Source: an uncultured Poribacteria bacterium (lineage in GTDB: Bacteria > Poribacteria > WGA-4E > WGA-3G). Taken from it: a stretch of DNA of 64,000 nucleotides. The DNA lies in the NCBI GenBank assembly GCA_951813565.1, contig OX638351.1:3936001-4000000 (forward strand), given 5' to 3'. Positions 33,218 through 42,976 of this stretch are shown one piece after another; within the stretch, counting starts at the first letter, position 1; each line of letters opens with the position of its first letter. Below the pieces are notes generated by a model. It was given only the letters and a program-made list of their open reading frames with translations, did not search any database and was not told where the DNA came from. The position numbers and the translations under genes are program-made.

Positions 33218-35134
33218 CTACCGAATCGTTGTTAAATTGTCAATACTATCCAACAATTGATTGCTGTCGTTGTAAACTTCTAACCCGATTTTTTGCCCAT
33301 CAACCGAGAACAGGCAGAAATGCTTATCAATAGTGAACGCTTTTACCTTGTCCACCCACGGCACAGATTTGTCTTGAACATAATAAGGCGCACCGCAACC
33401 ACCGCTGATAATCTGCCATACAGGGAACTTAAAATCTGGATTGATTGTTGAATCTATCAAAGTTCGACTATAATTGTGTTCGTCTCCGCAAAGCACCGCT
33501 AACACTTTTGACTTGCTTGAGACGATTTTCCAAAACCTATTTCGCATATCAATCACATCACCCATTGGCACAGATTTATCGTTATAACCACCGAGTTCAC
33601 CACTGCCCGGAGTTCCCCAGTACATCGCATCTTTGACATGTCCACCGTTTGGAAATGGCGGTTCATGAAGAATAATGAACACCCAAGACACATTCAGGTC
33701 TTTTTGCGCAGCATCTAATTCTTTCTCAAGCCACTCCATCTGGTTTGGCATAACATATCCTTCTCTGTTGCCACCGAAATGCTTAAGGGCAAGATTTATT
33801 GCCGTTTTATCCTGCGATTTCTGACTGAACGTGCTTAAATTTCTATAACCCGTTGACCAATAATTTGAGTTCAGAGAGATAAAATGTACCCTGCTGTAAG
33901 TGAATGAGTAGACGTTTTCATCGTAAGAAGGTCCGACGTCAGCACCGCCCATATCAGCGCTGCCTTTCGTCTCAGGATTCGGCACGCCTAATCCGTAACG
34001 ACTACCGCGGGGATTGACAAATTCTTTTGCGAAAATCGCTTCAGCACTCTCTGGACCAACTGTGCCAGCAAATTGGATGTAGTATTCACCTTGTTTGAGA
34101 TGAGGCGCTTCAACTTTGTAATACTTTCCGACCTGCTCATGATTGCCAATTGATTCATAAAATGGAATATTCGCGCCGACTGCTTGGATCGTTCGCTTCC
34201 ATGTTTCAAGTTGCGATTCGAAATCTTTTATATCAGAGGTATAACCGTTGATTAGGTCACCGCCGAAACAGACAAAATCCGCATTTTTGTTATAGAGTTC
34301 TATAGAGAAACGCCCAAGGTCTTTGGCATTGACTCCATTCTGTGCGCGTTCTCCGCCGCCAACCCCCGCACGGGAATCTGACATAAAACCAAACTTAAAT
34401 GGCACTCTATTTCCAGGCGAAGGTGCTGTTTTGAAAGTATATGATGGCGTCCAGATACCGTAATTTACCTTATAGGAATAGACGGTGTCAGGTTTTAGTT
34501 TTGTGAGGCGGACTTCATGGCGGATGGCGGGATCCAAAGACAAAAATTCCCTATTTTGCGACAATACAGAACCTTTCGTAGGCGTATCGGTTTCCCAAGA
34601 GATAACTGCAGAATTATGGGTAACAAGATCAACAAATGGGCCTTCTGTCAAGGTAACAAGCGATGTGTAAGTGCCAGTTTTAGGTTCTCCATCCCTTTTA
34701 TAGCGCAAACGTCGGTCATAAGCGCGTGTTGTCTGGACACGCGAATCGAAAATCTCTATCCGGTAGACTATCGTGCCGCCGTTATTGGCAATCAAGCCAG
34801 TATCATAATGCACATCTTCAAGTTTGGAGATATCCATTTTGATTTGATGCCGTGTTTTGTTGTCTTCAATATGTGTTCCCTTTGCGACCTTACGGTAACG
34901 TGGTGTTGTCAAGTTGCCTTCTGTATGTGGAACGCCATAGTAAGCCACAGCTGCAGGGGTATCTATTAACGTCTCAAATTCTACAACCGCTGATGAACCT
35001 TCAAACCCCGTTACGATTGGTTCTTTTGCTAAAAGCATGTCTTCGCGGTAATCTATTGATGTGAAAGTTAATGTTTGTGCCGAAACTACTGTCGTAATTA
35101 AAAGCAGCCCGACGCATATTAAGAAATGTTTCAT
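33218..35134 (-). CDS. secreted metallophosphoesterase (purple acid phosphatase-like, FN3 + calcineurin-like domain)
   Basis: SD, GDL, GNHE, HEP, GDEHNY motifs; next to pst genes. Confidence 0.85.
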   Translation of the reverse strand: MKHFLICVGLLLITTVVSAQTLTFTSIDYREDMLLAKEPIVTGFEGSSAVVEFETLIDTPAAVAYYGVPHTEGNLTTPRYRKVAKGTHIEDNKTRHQIKMDISKLEDVHYDTGLIANNGGTIVYRIEIFDSRVQTTRAYDRRLRYKRDGEPKTGTYTSLVTLTEGPFVDLVTHNSAVISWETDTPTKGSVLSQNREFLSLDPAIRHEVRLTKLKPDTVYSYKVNYGIWTPSYTFKTAPSPGNRVPFKFGFMSDSRAGVGGGERAQNGVNAKDLGRFSIELYNKNADFVCFGGDLINGYTSDIKDFESQLETWKRTIQAVGANIPFYESIGNHEQVGKYYKVEAPHLKQGEYYIQFAGTVGPESAEAIFAKEFVNPRGSRYGLGVPNPETKGSADMGGADVGPSYDENVYSFTYSRVHFISLNSNYWSTGYRNLSTFSQKSQDKTAINLALKHFGGNREGYVMPNQMEWLEKELDAAQKDLNVSWVFIILHEPPFPNGGHVKDAMYWGTPGSGELGGYNDKSVPMGDVIDMRNRFWKIVSSKSKVLAVLCGDEHNYSRTLIDSTINPDFKFPVWQIISGGCGAPYYVQDKSVPWVDKVKAFTIDKHFCLFSVDGQKIGLEVYNDSNQLLDSIDNLTTIR

Positions 35135-35315
35135 TTTGGTTTCCTTTCGTTTGATGTATATTATGATTTTACATGAATTCTCTGAATTATACCATTTTAT
35201 TTTTCTGAATCGCGGATTACGTTGATTTTGGCAAACCTACCCTCAAATTTATCAGAATTTAATTTAACAAAAATAGGTGAAAAACGTGAAATTTCGCAAA
35301 TTTCTTAAAATAAAT

Positions 35316-35344
35316 TTGACATTTCCCGAAATCTATGTTATAAT
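35316..35344 (+). promoter_or_regulatory. consensus sigma70 promoter
   Basis: TTGACA-17 bp-TATAAT with extended -10 TG. Confidence 0.7.
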
Positions 35345-35599
35345 GCCTAACGTTAAGTCATATTTAATTTAGACGTGAAAAAGAGAAATCAAACGTCGCA
35401 ATCATGTTTTCTGATGATGGAGGTTTTATCAATGTGTAACCAATATTGAATAACCAAATTGTAAACACCACAATCCAGAAAGCGAAATCGTCTAAGCACT
35501 TGTCATCTATCCAAGTGCAATGCTTGTGGCATCATGTTAACTATCAGTTAATCCCCCCCCAGTTAAAATACGCTAATTTTTTCATATTACAAGGTCTTA

Positions 35600-35628
35600 T
35601 CGCAGGGTTTATATGCTGCGATTTTTTT
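35600..35628 (+). terminator. intrinsic terminator-like hairpin
   Basis: ATCGCAG...CTGCGAT followed by a T-run. Confidence 0.5.
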
Positions 35629-35863
35629 ATGCCCGCACGTGCTTTGTTTCAAACAAAGTGTATCGTCGCGGGTTTTGTTGTTGCATTGCGCTATTTCAGC
35701 AATTGCAATGCAACTTTTTTGTTTGATAATAACATGAGAACATGGTATTGTACGCTATGTCTCCTGTTATTATTTTGTAATAGTAAGGTGTCAAAAGACA
35801 CTATATTTTATAACGAAAATGGACTGTGGGAAATACCTAACAGTCTACTGATAATAAAGGAGA

Positions 35864-36667
35864 TTGATAATGCGTTTTAAGAATTTGACGATAACTTTAA
35901 CTCTTATGTGCTTGTCTATTGTTGCGTTGGCAGGATTGGTTCTTCTACCGATTACCAATGGGATCTGTGATTGGACAGGAGGCGCAAGTTCTAAAAGCTA
36001 TTCCGAGTCACAACTAGACGACGATGAACAAGGATGGAATCTGAGTGCAAGTTTAAATGCAAGTGCTTCCTACGCCTCTGGCTCTGTTTCACCCTCCATT
36101 CATACTGCGGGGGTTTTTACTTCAGAAACGACATACAGTGGATATGCAAATTTGAGGGCATGGCGAAGTTCTGGCCAAAAATGGGATATAGTTTATTGTT
36201 CATATGGCAATGGTTGTGAAAATTATCATAATTGCCCAGGTCATCAGCAGGCAGTGGCTTTTGAATCTGCTGAAGATCCTGAATCTAAGGTCATTTACAC
36301 AACAGTGGACATGGTGACGGTAGTACATGTTTGGGGTGAAGAAAGACACTGGATCACAAAAAAAGGTACTGGCGTTAAAGCGGAAACGACTGTGGGTATT
36401 GATGAATTTTCATCGGTAACGGTAGGTGGAGAAACGTACACGTGGGAAGAAAATGGCGTGAAATACTATGCATATAGAAGTGAGTCGAGAACTAATCCCG
36501 ATTCAGGTCCTTCTGACGGGGCATCTGCCCAAGTAAAAAATTATCCGAGTGCGAATTGCGGTGCTGAGGTAACTTTCAATTTTGAACACCCCATTGGAGG
36601 TCAAGGCGACATCAGTACTACGAATTCAGTTTCCTATACAGGCGTTCCCTTACAAGGTAGCAACTGA
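35864..36667 (+). CDS. secreted Ser/Thr-rich hypothetical protein
   Basis: signal peptide, AAGGAG RBS, Cys/His cluster CSYGNGCENYHNCPGH, N-x-S sequons. Confidence 0.65.
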   Translation: MIMRFKNLTITLTLMCLSIVALAGLVLLPITNGICDWTGGASSKSYSESQLDDDEQGWNLSASLNASASYASGSVSPSIHTAGVFTSETTYSGYANLRAWRSSGQKWDIVYCSYGNGCENYHNCPGHQQAVAFESAEDPESKVIYTTVDMVTVVHVWGEERHWITKKGTGVKAETTVGIDEFSSVTVGGETYTWEENGVKYYAYRSESRTNPDSGPSDGASAQVKNYPSANCGAEVTFNFEHPIGGQGDISTTNSVSYTGVPLQGSN

Positions 36668-37394
36668 CGCTTAAGGTTTTTCTTCCGAAGTGGTTTGAAA
36701 GTAATCCTTACTTCCTTTAGCGCATCTTCAATACCATAGTTGCAATAAGCTTTGTCCGCATATACCACAGCACCGTGAGGCAGATCAAATGGAAAATATC
36801 GCATTCCTCTGACATCGTTCCACTTACCAGGGGTGAAGAAAACTTCAACAATATGTCCACTTTCGGTGACCATTAGATGCGCTTTGAGACCATAAAAGTG
36901 GCGGCGTTTACTTGCGATTGGACCACGCCATTCTTCACCTTGATAGAGGCGACACCGACTAATCCGAATGTTGTCACACAGTAACAGGATAGGTGTCAAT
37001 CGCGTAAATACCATTCGGATTATTGGATTTAGAGACTTCAGCGAAATACTCAAAAGTATTTGAAACAAATGAGGTATCCGATGAAATGGACGATTATATC
37101 GGGAGTGTCCCAACATATTCGGGATGTATCCGTGGATTTTCAGAACACAGCAAGCTCTTTGATGATTGCCGCCAAAATATTGTGCTGCGATAATCGCAGT
37201 TGTCATCACTTCAGTATCCGTCATTTGTGCTTGTGGATGTGTTTGATAACCGAGTGAAATTAAAAGATCGTCACAAATCGTGTAAACTGCTACAATGGTT
37301 AATTCCATGGGATTTCTCCTTCTGTTTTATTGATAGAAACATTATAGGGCAAATCCCATGGATTTAGAAGTATTTTATAGGTGGCAACTTAGGT
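36660..37394 (-). mobile_element. truncated, frameshifted IS982-family element
   Basis: VYTICDDL, MTDTEV, FYGLKAHL, YADKAY; terminal ACCTAAGTTGCCACCTAT; 3' end missing. Confidence 0.8.
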
Positions 37395-37456
37395 TATTTA
37401 TGAAGAAATTCTGACGGCACCTCCTGGTTTCTGTCGGTAATACGATAAGGAGAATA

Positions 37457-39091
37457 TTGATGTCACGTAAATACATTTTCATTACGATTCCGCTTTCAGT
37501 GTTGTTGATCAGCGGTTTGTTTGTTTTCTACCGTCATTCGCGAGTTCCGAGCGAGATACCAGTTATTCCCACTACGGAGGCAGACGTCCTCTCTCCAGCA
37601 AACCGAGGATGGTCGGTGCAGCGTGGCCCACGTACCCACTTGCATCCGTTAGCTTCCGAGGCTAAACTTGCTGAGGCGAAGCAACAACCTGTCGAAACGT
37701 GGGAGGAATGGTTGGATGCAACAGTGGAAATCCTACTTGCCGAGGCGATCTTGTACGGGGAAATCAAAACGCCTTACCTCACTATGTCCTGGGTAGAAGA
37801 TAGCTCCGAGGAGGTAGCAGCATCCCGTGCTTGGCTCCGGGAATCGCTCACACGGTATAGAGAACGCCTTCAATCGCGACTGAAACCACCCCCTGAATAT
37901 CCAGGAGGCTTGCAATCTACCGTCCACTTAGACGACTATCAGGGACCTTATCCGCAGACTCCTGCTTCCCTGATCGCTGAATTTGATGCTGTCGACAAGA
38001 ACTCGAAAGCAGCAAACTTGGATGAACACTATCCGAAAGAAGCATGGCTCAAGACGCTCCTTGAGAAAGGCGCGTCCTTCAACAATTATAACGATTATCG
38101 TTTTTATCTCAAAATGCGGCAATCTCTCCTCCAGCAAAAAGAGAAACCCGAAGAGTGGATTTCTGGACAACATGGCATTCCGATCACCACCAACTTTGAA
38201 GAATATTCGGACGGTTTCATTGAGAGAAAGATCTGGGAATACAACACCGTTCAAAAGGTGCGCGAAGAAAACCCTGGTAAATCATCAACGGTTTTCTTTG
38301 ATTCCAACGACCCAGATAAATATTTCCCTAGAGTGGGAAAAATGACTTATGTTAACATAGGTGAAGGCCGCGAACGCATGAGTACGTTTGGAACTCTGTT
38401 GACAGAAGAACAGAGGAAGGATATCTTTGAAAACAATATTGAACCCAAGAATATAGAGATTGTCTATCTTGATGACGAAAACAACGTCATCTATGAGTCG
38501 CCACCTCTTGTTGACGAACGGCAACGTGATTTAGAAAACGTGATTTCGTTTGATGGAATCAAAGTCACACCGGAAAACTATGAACGTCTAATCGGGCGGT
38601 CAGCGCCGGAAAAGTGGCTTGAGTTTTATGAGATAGAACAAGCCAGCAAAACGCAAGACACTGCGCCTGCTCCAGAACTTGAAGTGATGCGTGAGGCCGC
38701 GCGCGAAGCCGCAGCCGCCGCACAGGAGGCTGCAAAAGCCGAATTTGAGAAGTTTCAAAACAACATGCGCAATCTGGCAGAGTTTGCAACCATGTCGGAT
38801 GCGGAAATAGAGAAGGCACTTGAGAGGCAATTTCGGCGGCAATTTCTGCCGGAACATCCGGCGGAACAGTTCACACCCGAACGTCTTGAAGAGGCATTAG
38901 GCACACTGTTTCAACACGGATTTGAGGAAGGATTTCGCAGGGTACGACGGGATAGTCCCGCACTCGCTGAACAGTTAGAACGGCACTTTGGACAGGGACA
39001 GAAACCGCCACCTGCCATGCAGAAGAAACCGCAAAGACCCGCTCCGCCAAAGCCACCAGAAACAGCACCGCCTGAAACTGAAGCGCCTTAA
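37457..39091 (+). CDS. hypothetical membrane-anchored protein with Pro-rich tail
   Basis: long ORF, N-terminal TM, AAGGAG RBS. Confidence 0.7.
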   Translation: MMSRKYIFITIPLSVLLISGLFVFYRHSRVPSEIPVIPTTEADVLSPANRGWSVQRGPRTHLHPLASEAKLAEAKQQPVETWEEWLDATVEILLAEAILYGEIKTPYLTMSWVEDSSEEVAASRAWLRESLTRYRERLQSRLKPPPEYPGGLQSTVHLDDYQGPYPQTPASLIAEFDAVDKNSKAANLDEHYPKEAWLKTLLEKGASFNNYNDYRFYLKMRQSLLQQKEKPEEWISGQHGIPITTNFEEYSDGFIERKIWEYNTVQKVREENPGKSSTVFFDSNDPDKYFPRVGKMTYVNIGEGRERMSTFGTLLTEEQRKDIFENNIEPKNIEIVYLDDENNVIYESPPLVDERQRDLENVISFDGIKVTPENYERLIGRSAPEKWLEFYEIEQASKTQDTAPAPELEVMREAAREAAAAAQEAAKAEFEKFQNNMRNLAEFATMSDAEIEKALERQFRRQFLPEHPAEQFTPERLEEALGTLFQHGFEEGFRRVRRDSPALAEQLERHFGQGQKPPPAMQKKPQRPAPPKPPETAPPETEAP

Positions 39092-39173
39092 GGTAGTAGG
39101 CACACGCCGTGTGCCGTAACTAAAAGCGGTGAACACGCCAGATTGATAGAGAATCTGCTTATGGTGCTTTCCA

Positions 39174-39779
39174 ATGAAAAAACAGATATTTTTGATTATC
39201 ATAGCACTTTTCATCGTTGCTGCTGCGGTGTCCTTGTATCTTCCCGCGACCTCTGTGAACGTTACCGACTCCAGTCGCAGCACGCCTGAATTACCTGCCG
39301 CGGAAAAATTCCGGTGGGCGCAGCATTGGGATGAACTTAACCTCGCCGCAATCAAAAGAGACTATCAACTGTACACCGTAGCTGAAATGCAAGAAATGTG
39401 GGAGGCAAAACTGATCGCGAAATATGGTGGTGCTGAAAGACTTAAGCAGGCGATAGGTGAAGCGGATCATGTTTATCCACAGAACACTTACCTTGCACGC
39501 ATGCTTGAATTGGGCAGACCTTTTGTTGATTTTTCGGACTATGAAGATGCCCTTACAGATCAACGGATACGGTTGTTTTCTACGTGGATGTACTGGAATA
39601 CCATGAGTACAACAGAAAAGTTCGCGTATCTTGAGCGTCGCGGGTTATCCCCAGATACAGCATGGGAAGCGTACGAGAAAGTGCTACTAAAAAATGACGT
39701 TGTGGACAGTATCAATTTTAGGCGTTCAAAAGAACTTGATCCTTACATGAAGGGATACCGTCAAAGTGTTGAGGAATAA
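39174..39779 (+). CDS. hypothetical secreted protein sharing a domain with 37457-39091
   Basis: YPQNTYLARMLELGRPFVDFSDY vs YPKEAWLKTLLEKGASFNNYNDY. Confidence 0.65.
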   Translation: MKKQIFLIIIALFIVAAAVSLYLPATSVNVTDSSRSTPELPAAEKFRWAQHWDELNLAAIKRDYQLYTVAEMQEMWEAKLIAKYGGAERLKQAIGEADHVYPQNTYLARMLELGRPFVDFSDYEDALTDQRIRLFSTWMYWNTMSTTEKFAYLERRGLSPDTAWEAYEKVLLKNDVVDSINFRRSKELDPYMKGYRQSVEE

Positions 39780-42299
39780 ATGAAACCGGACACTATTGTT
39801 AAACACGTCGGGGCCGCTGCACTGCTCCTAATCCTTCTATTTGTGGGCAGCAGGATCCGTTTGCAAGGTCTTTCCAACATTCCTACCGGCCAGTTTGCTT
39901 CTAACGACGCATTTCTCTTTTACGCGCAAGCGAGGACAATTGTCAAGGACGGAACGTTACCAGAAGTCGAGATGCACCGCTGGGTGCCGCTCGGCAGAGA
40001 TTTAAGTGAGACACTGCACGGTTACCCTTACGCTATTGCTTACGCGTCCAAGTTAATAAGATTCTTTTTTCCAAACGTCACGGTCTATCAGGTGCAGCTT
40101 CTTGCTCCAACTTTCTGCTTTCTCCTCGGCATGGTAGTACTATGCCTTTTTCTTTATATCCGTTTTGGCTTTGGTGTAGCAGCCATTGTTGGTACGCTTC
40201 TAATTATCATGCCCGGCAGTATTGAACGGAGTGCCGCAGGATTCAGCGATAGGGATGCATGGTGCTGGATGCTCGGCACCCTCGCCGTAACAACCTATCT
40301 GTGGAAGGAAGACATAACAAGTAAACGGTTCCGATACATCTGCACAGCCCTGTCCGGCTTTTTTGTGTTCCTTGGGGGGCTAAGTTGGGAAGGTTTCGGA
40401 GGCTTTGTCCTCGCGATTGTGGCGGTGGAACTCTGGCGTTTTCTTACAACGGATGCTGAAGAACGTATGTGGGAGTATGTGTTGTGGGTGCTGATGTTTG
40501 TTCCGTCACTCTACCTTCTTTCACCAGCTTATCACCGTGGCGGAGGTTTTACCAGCCACGTAGCAGCGTTTCTGCTGTTTCCACCGCTCGTCATGCTGTT
40601 GCTCCGCACGTTTCGGTCCTTTCTTACTCGTGGGCATCATTCGGTTTCTAAGTTTATCTCGGAACAGATTTCTGCCCGCGCTGTCTCACTCGTTTTTTGT
40701 GCGGTGTGTCTCCTAATTGGCATCGCGTACCTTGCACTGCAACGTGAAACGTTTGCGCAGAGTATTGTGCCTTTTAGCGGTGCCTCGGTGATGGAAGGTG
40801 TGGGTGAACTAAAATCACCACAGGATATCTTCTGGTACGGTCGTTATGGACATGTACTGCTTATTGCAAGTCTTTGTCTCATTGTGGGCTGCATCAGAAT
40901 CTGGGGTGCGAAAGCACTGCTCCTCGCTTTCACGGTTTCACTGTTCACGGCTGCAACCTTTCTCCGACAGTATTTATACTATACGTTGTCCCCCGTCATC
41001 TGTGAATATCTTTTCTACGGTGCAGTAGCGTTCACGCTGATCGCTGCGTTGGGCGTCGCTGCGCTTCGTCTTGAACCGGTCAAACATGAATATATCTATG
41101 TCGCTTTGGGATTTTGGCTGCTCCTTTGGCTTGGGCTTGCACGCGATGCGCTCCGCTACGATTTCTTTATCGGCGTGCCGCTCGCTTGTTTTGCAGCAAT
41201 AGGTGTCCAATTCACCACAACACGGCTCTGTCAACACATCGCAAGAATCAGAGAAGAGAAAAGCATGAAAGAAAACACGGCACAATCAAGTAACAAAGAA
41301 GCAGGAACGAATGGAAAGAAGCGCAACGTAGTCCCCGCATTGACACAAGTTGGTATAACCCTCGCTTGTCTGGCACTTGTTCTTTTTTGGGAACTACCCA
41401 GTAATAAGCCATTTCCAGGGCTTGCTCAAAGAGGATATGCAACGCAGATAGAACCTGAACATGTATTCCCCGGCAAAAATACTCCTATGGCAAACACATG
41501 TCAATGGATCAAAGAACATCTTTCAACAGAAAAGGTTGTTGCGGCCCCTTGGAGTTACGGTCACATGCTTAACGTGCTTGGCGGCGTCAAAACCGTCATT
41601 GACCCGGATCACTTCATTGTGCATTGGATAGACCTTTATGAAGAACACGTTTCTGCTGCAACATCCGAACAGGAGGCATTAGAATTTCTGAAAACACACC
41701 ATGTGACCCATCTGCTTATCAGCGAAGAGGATGTTTTCTACATTGCATCGCGACATGCACATTTCAATGAACTGCCTGAGCATCCACTTTATATGGCGCC
41801 TTTGATCTCTCGAGCGTCCATCGGCAGCGCACATTATCGCATGGTGCCAGCACACAAAAACACACTTATCGACTTTGTTGAGATTGATTTCCATCACGAT
41901 CCTGCTACTGTCACCGCCCGCCTCAAAGACGGTAGAACGGTTAAACTTCCGTATATCAAATATGATGGCAGCGTCCAACCATCTTGGACTGACCATGCTC
42001 ATAACCACCAAACGGAACATGACCACACAGAAGAATCCAACAACGAAAACGGTGGCATCCTCCACCTATTTGACTCAAAAACGCAGCGGGAGGTCATTCA
42101 CTACCTTTCGCCACGCAGTTGGAACAGTCTCGCAGTCAAATTATTCTTTCGAGACGAACACAGTAAGGCGTTCGTCCATGTTTATCCGGAACAGGATACC
42201 GCATCTGCTAAAGTCAAAATCTGGAAGATTAACTACCCATCCGACATAGAAGAAAATCCCAAATACCTCGCCAAGTCCGCGGAAAAAAAAGGAAAATGA
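39780..42299 (+). CDS. STT3/AglB-like oligosaccharyltransferase
   Basis: multiple TMs; ND..Y, RWVPLG, RS..GFSDRD, PWSYG (WWDYG-like) and FLK.H.VTH. Confidence 0.75.
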   Translation: MKPDTIVKHVGAAALLLILLFVGSRIRLQGLSNIPTGQFASNDAFLFYAQARTIVKDGTLPEVEMHRWVPLGRDLSETLHGYPYAIAYASKLIRFFFPNVTVYQVQLLAPTFCFLLGMVVLCLFLYIRFGFGVAAIVGTLLIIMPGSIERSAAGFSDRDAWCWMLGTLAVTTYLWKEDITSKRFRYICTALSGFFVFLGGLSWEGFGGFVLAIVAVELWRFLTTDAEERMWEYVLWVLMFVPSLYLLSPAYHRGGGFTSHVAAFLLFPPLVMLLLRTFRSFLTRGHHSVSKFISEQISARAVSLVFCAVCLLIGIAYLALQRETFAQSIVPFSGASVMEGVGELKSPQDIFWYGRYGHVLLIASLCLIVGCIRIWGAKALLLAFTVSLFTAATFLRQYLYYTLSPVICEYLFYGAVAFTLIAALGVAALRLEPVKHEYIYVALGFWLLLWLGLARDALRYDFFIGVPLACFAAIGVQFTTTRLCQHIARIREEKSMKENTAQSSNKEAGTNGKKRNVVPALTQVGITLACLALVLFWELPSNKPFPGLAQRGYATQIEPEHVFPGKNTPMANTCQWIKEHLSTEKVVAAPWSYGHMLNVLGGVKTVIDPDHFIVHWIDLYEEHVSAATSEQEALEFLKTHHVTHLLISEEDVFYIASRHAHFNELPEHPLYMAPLISRASIGSAHYRMVPAHKNTLIDFVEIDFHHDPATVTARLKDGRTVKLPYIKYDGSVQPSWTDHAHNHQTEHDHTEESNNENGGILHLFDSKTQREVIHYLSPRSWNSLAVKLFFRDEHSKAFVHVYPEQDTASAKVKIWKINYPSDIEENPKYLAKSAEKKGK

Positions 42300-42811
42300 A
42301 ACGTATTTTGAAACGCGTTTGTATCTTTGGTTCCGTACTTCTCTGCTGCCTTGCTCTCACGCACGCGACGCTGCACCGTTTTCAGAAGCCAATTCCTAAA
42401 AAAGTATATGTAGCACCCAAAATTGAACACAAAAAATCTGTCCAGAGAAATGAAAAGCTGTACGCACACCTTAAACCGAAACCCGTTGACCAAAAGGCAC
42501 TCTTTCTTCAGACAATTATTGACAATAACCTTTTTGCACCTCTTGGCTGGAAACCGAAAAAGCCTACTCCCATCTATCGCCTTATCGGCACACATATCCC
42601 GATAGGCAAGGAGATAGAGGCGACCGCTATCTTACAAGAGACAACGCAAGATGCAACTACCCGTGTTGTCTCCATTGGCACAAAACTTGGCGAAGACACT
42701 GTTGTTGCTGACATCCAACCGAAACAGGTGATACTCAAGAAAGGGAGGTTACGGATACCTCTTCGACTTGCCACACCCCAATTCCTAAAGCCATCCCGAA
42801 CGCGTAGATAG
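42296..42811 (+). CDS. GspC/PilP-like membrane-anchored protein
   Basis: TM, NNLFAPLG, YRLIGT, IGTKLG..V.DI.PKQVIL. Confidence 0.5.
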   Translation: MKRILKRVCIFGSVLLCCLALTHATLHRFQKPIPKKVYVAPKIEHKKSVQRNEKLYAHLKPKPVDQKALFLQTIIDNNLFAPLGWKPKKPTPIYRLIGTHIPIGKEIEATAILQETTQDATTRVVSIGTKLGEDTVVADIQPKQVILKKGRLRIPLRLATPQFLKPSRTRR

Positions 42812-42976
42812 TACCAAAAAACAGATTTCCACAGTCACATTTTACTATAAACGAATTCCATAACTGAAAACTGAATGTCTCTTCAATTCCAATTTGCTTT
42901 GAATACAAAACATGATTATGATAAAATGTTGGTTAAAGCGTACTATTCTAACGCCTTATTTTTTAGGAGTATTACA

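Noticed and set aside
35446..35880. 144-aa ORF upstream of the secreted protein
   Set aside because: No recognisable motifs, unusual composition, and it crosses terminator-like hairpins.
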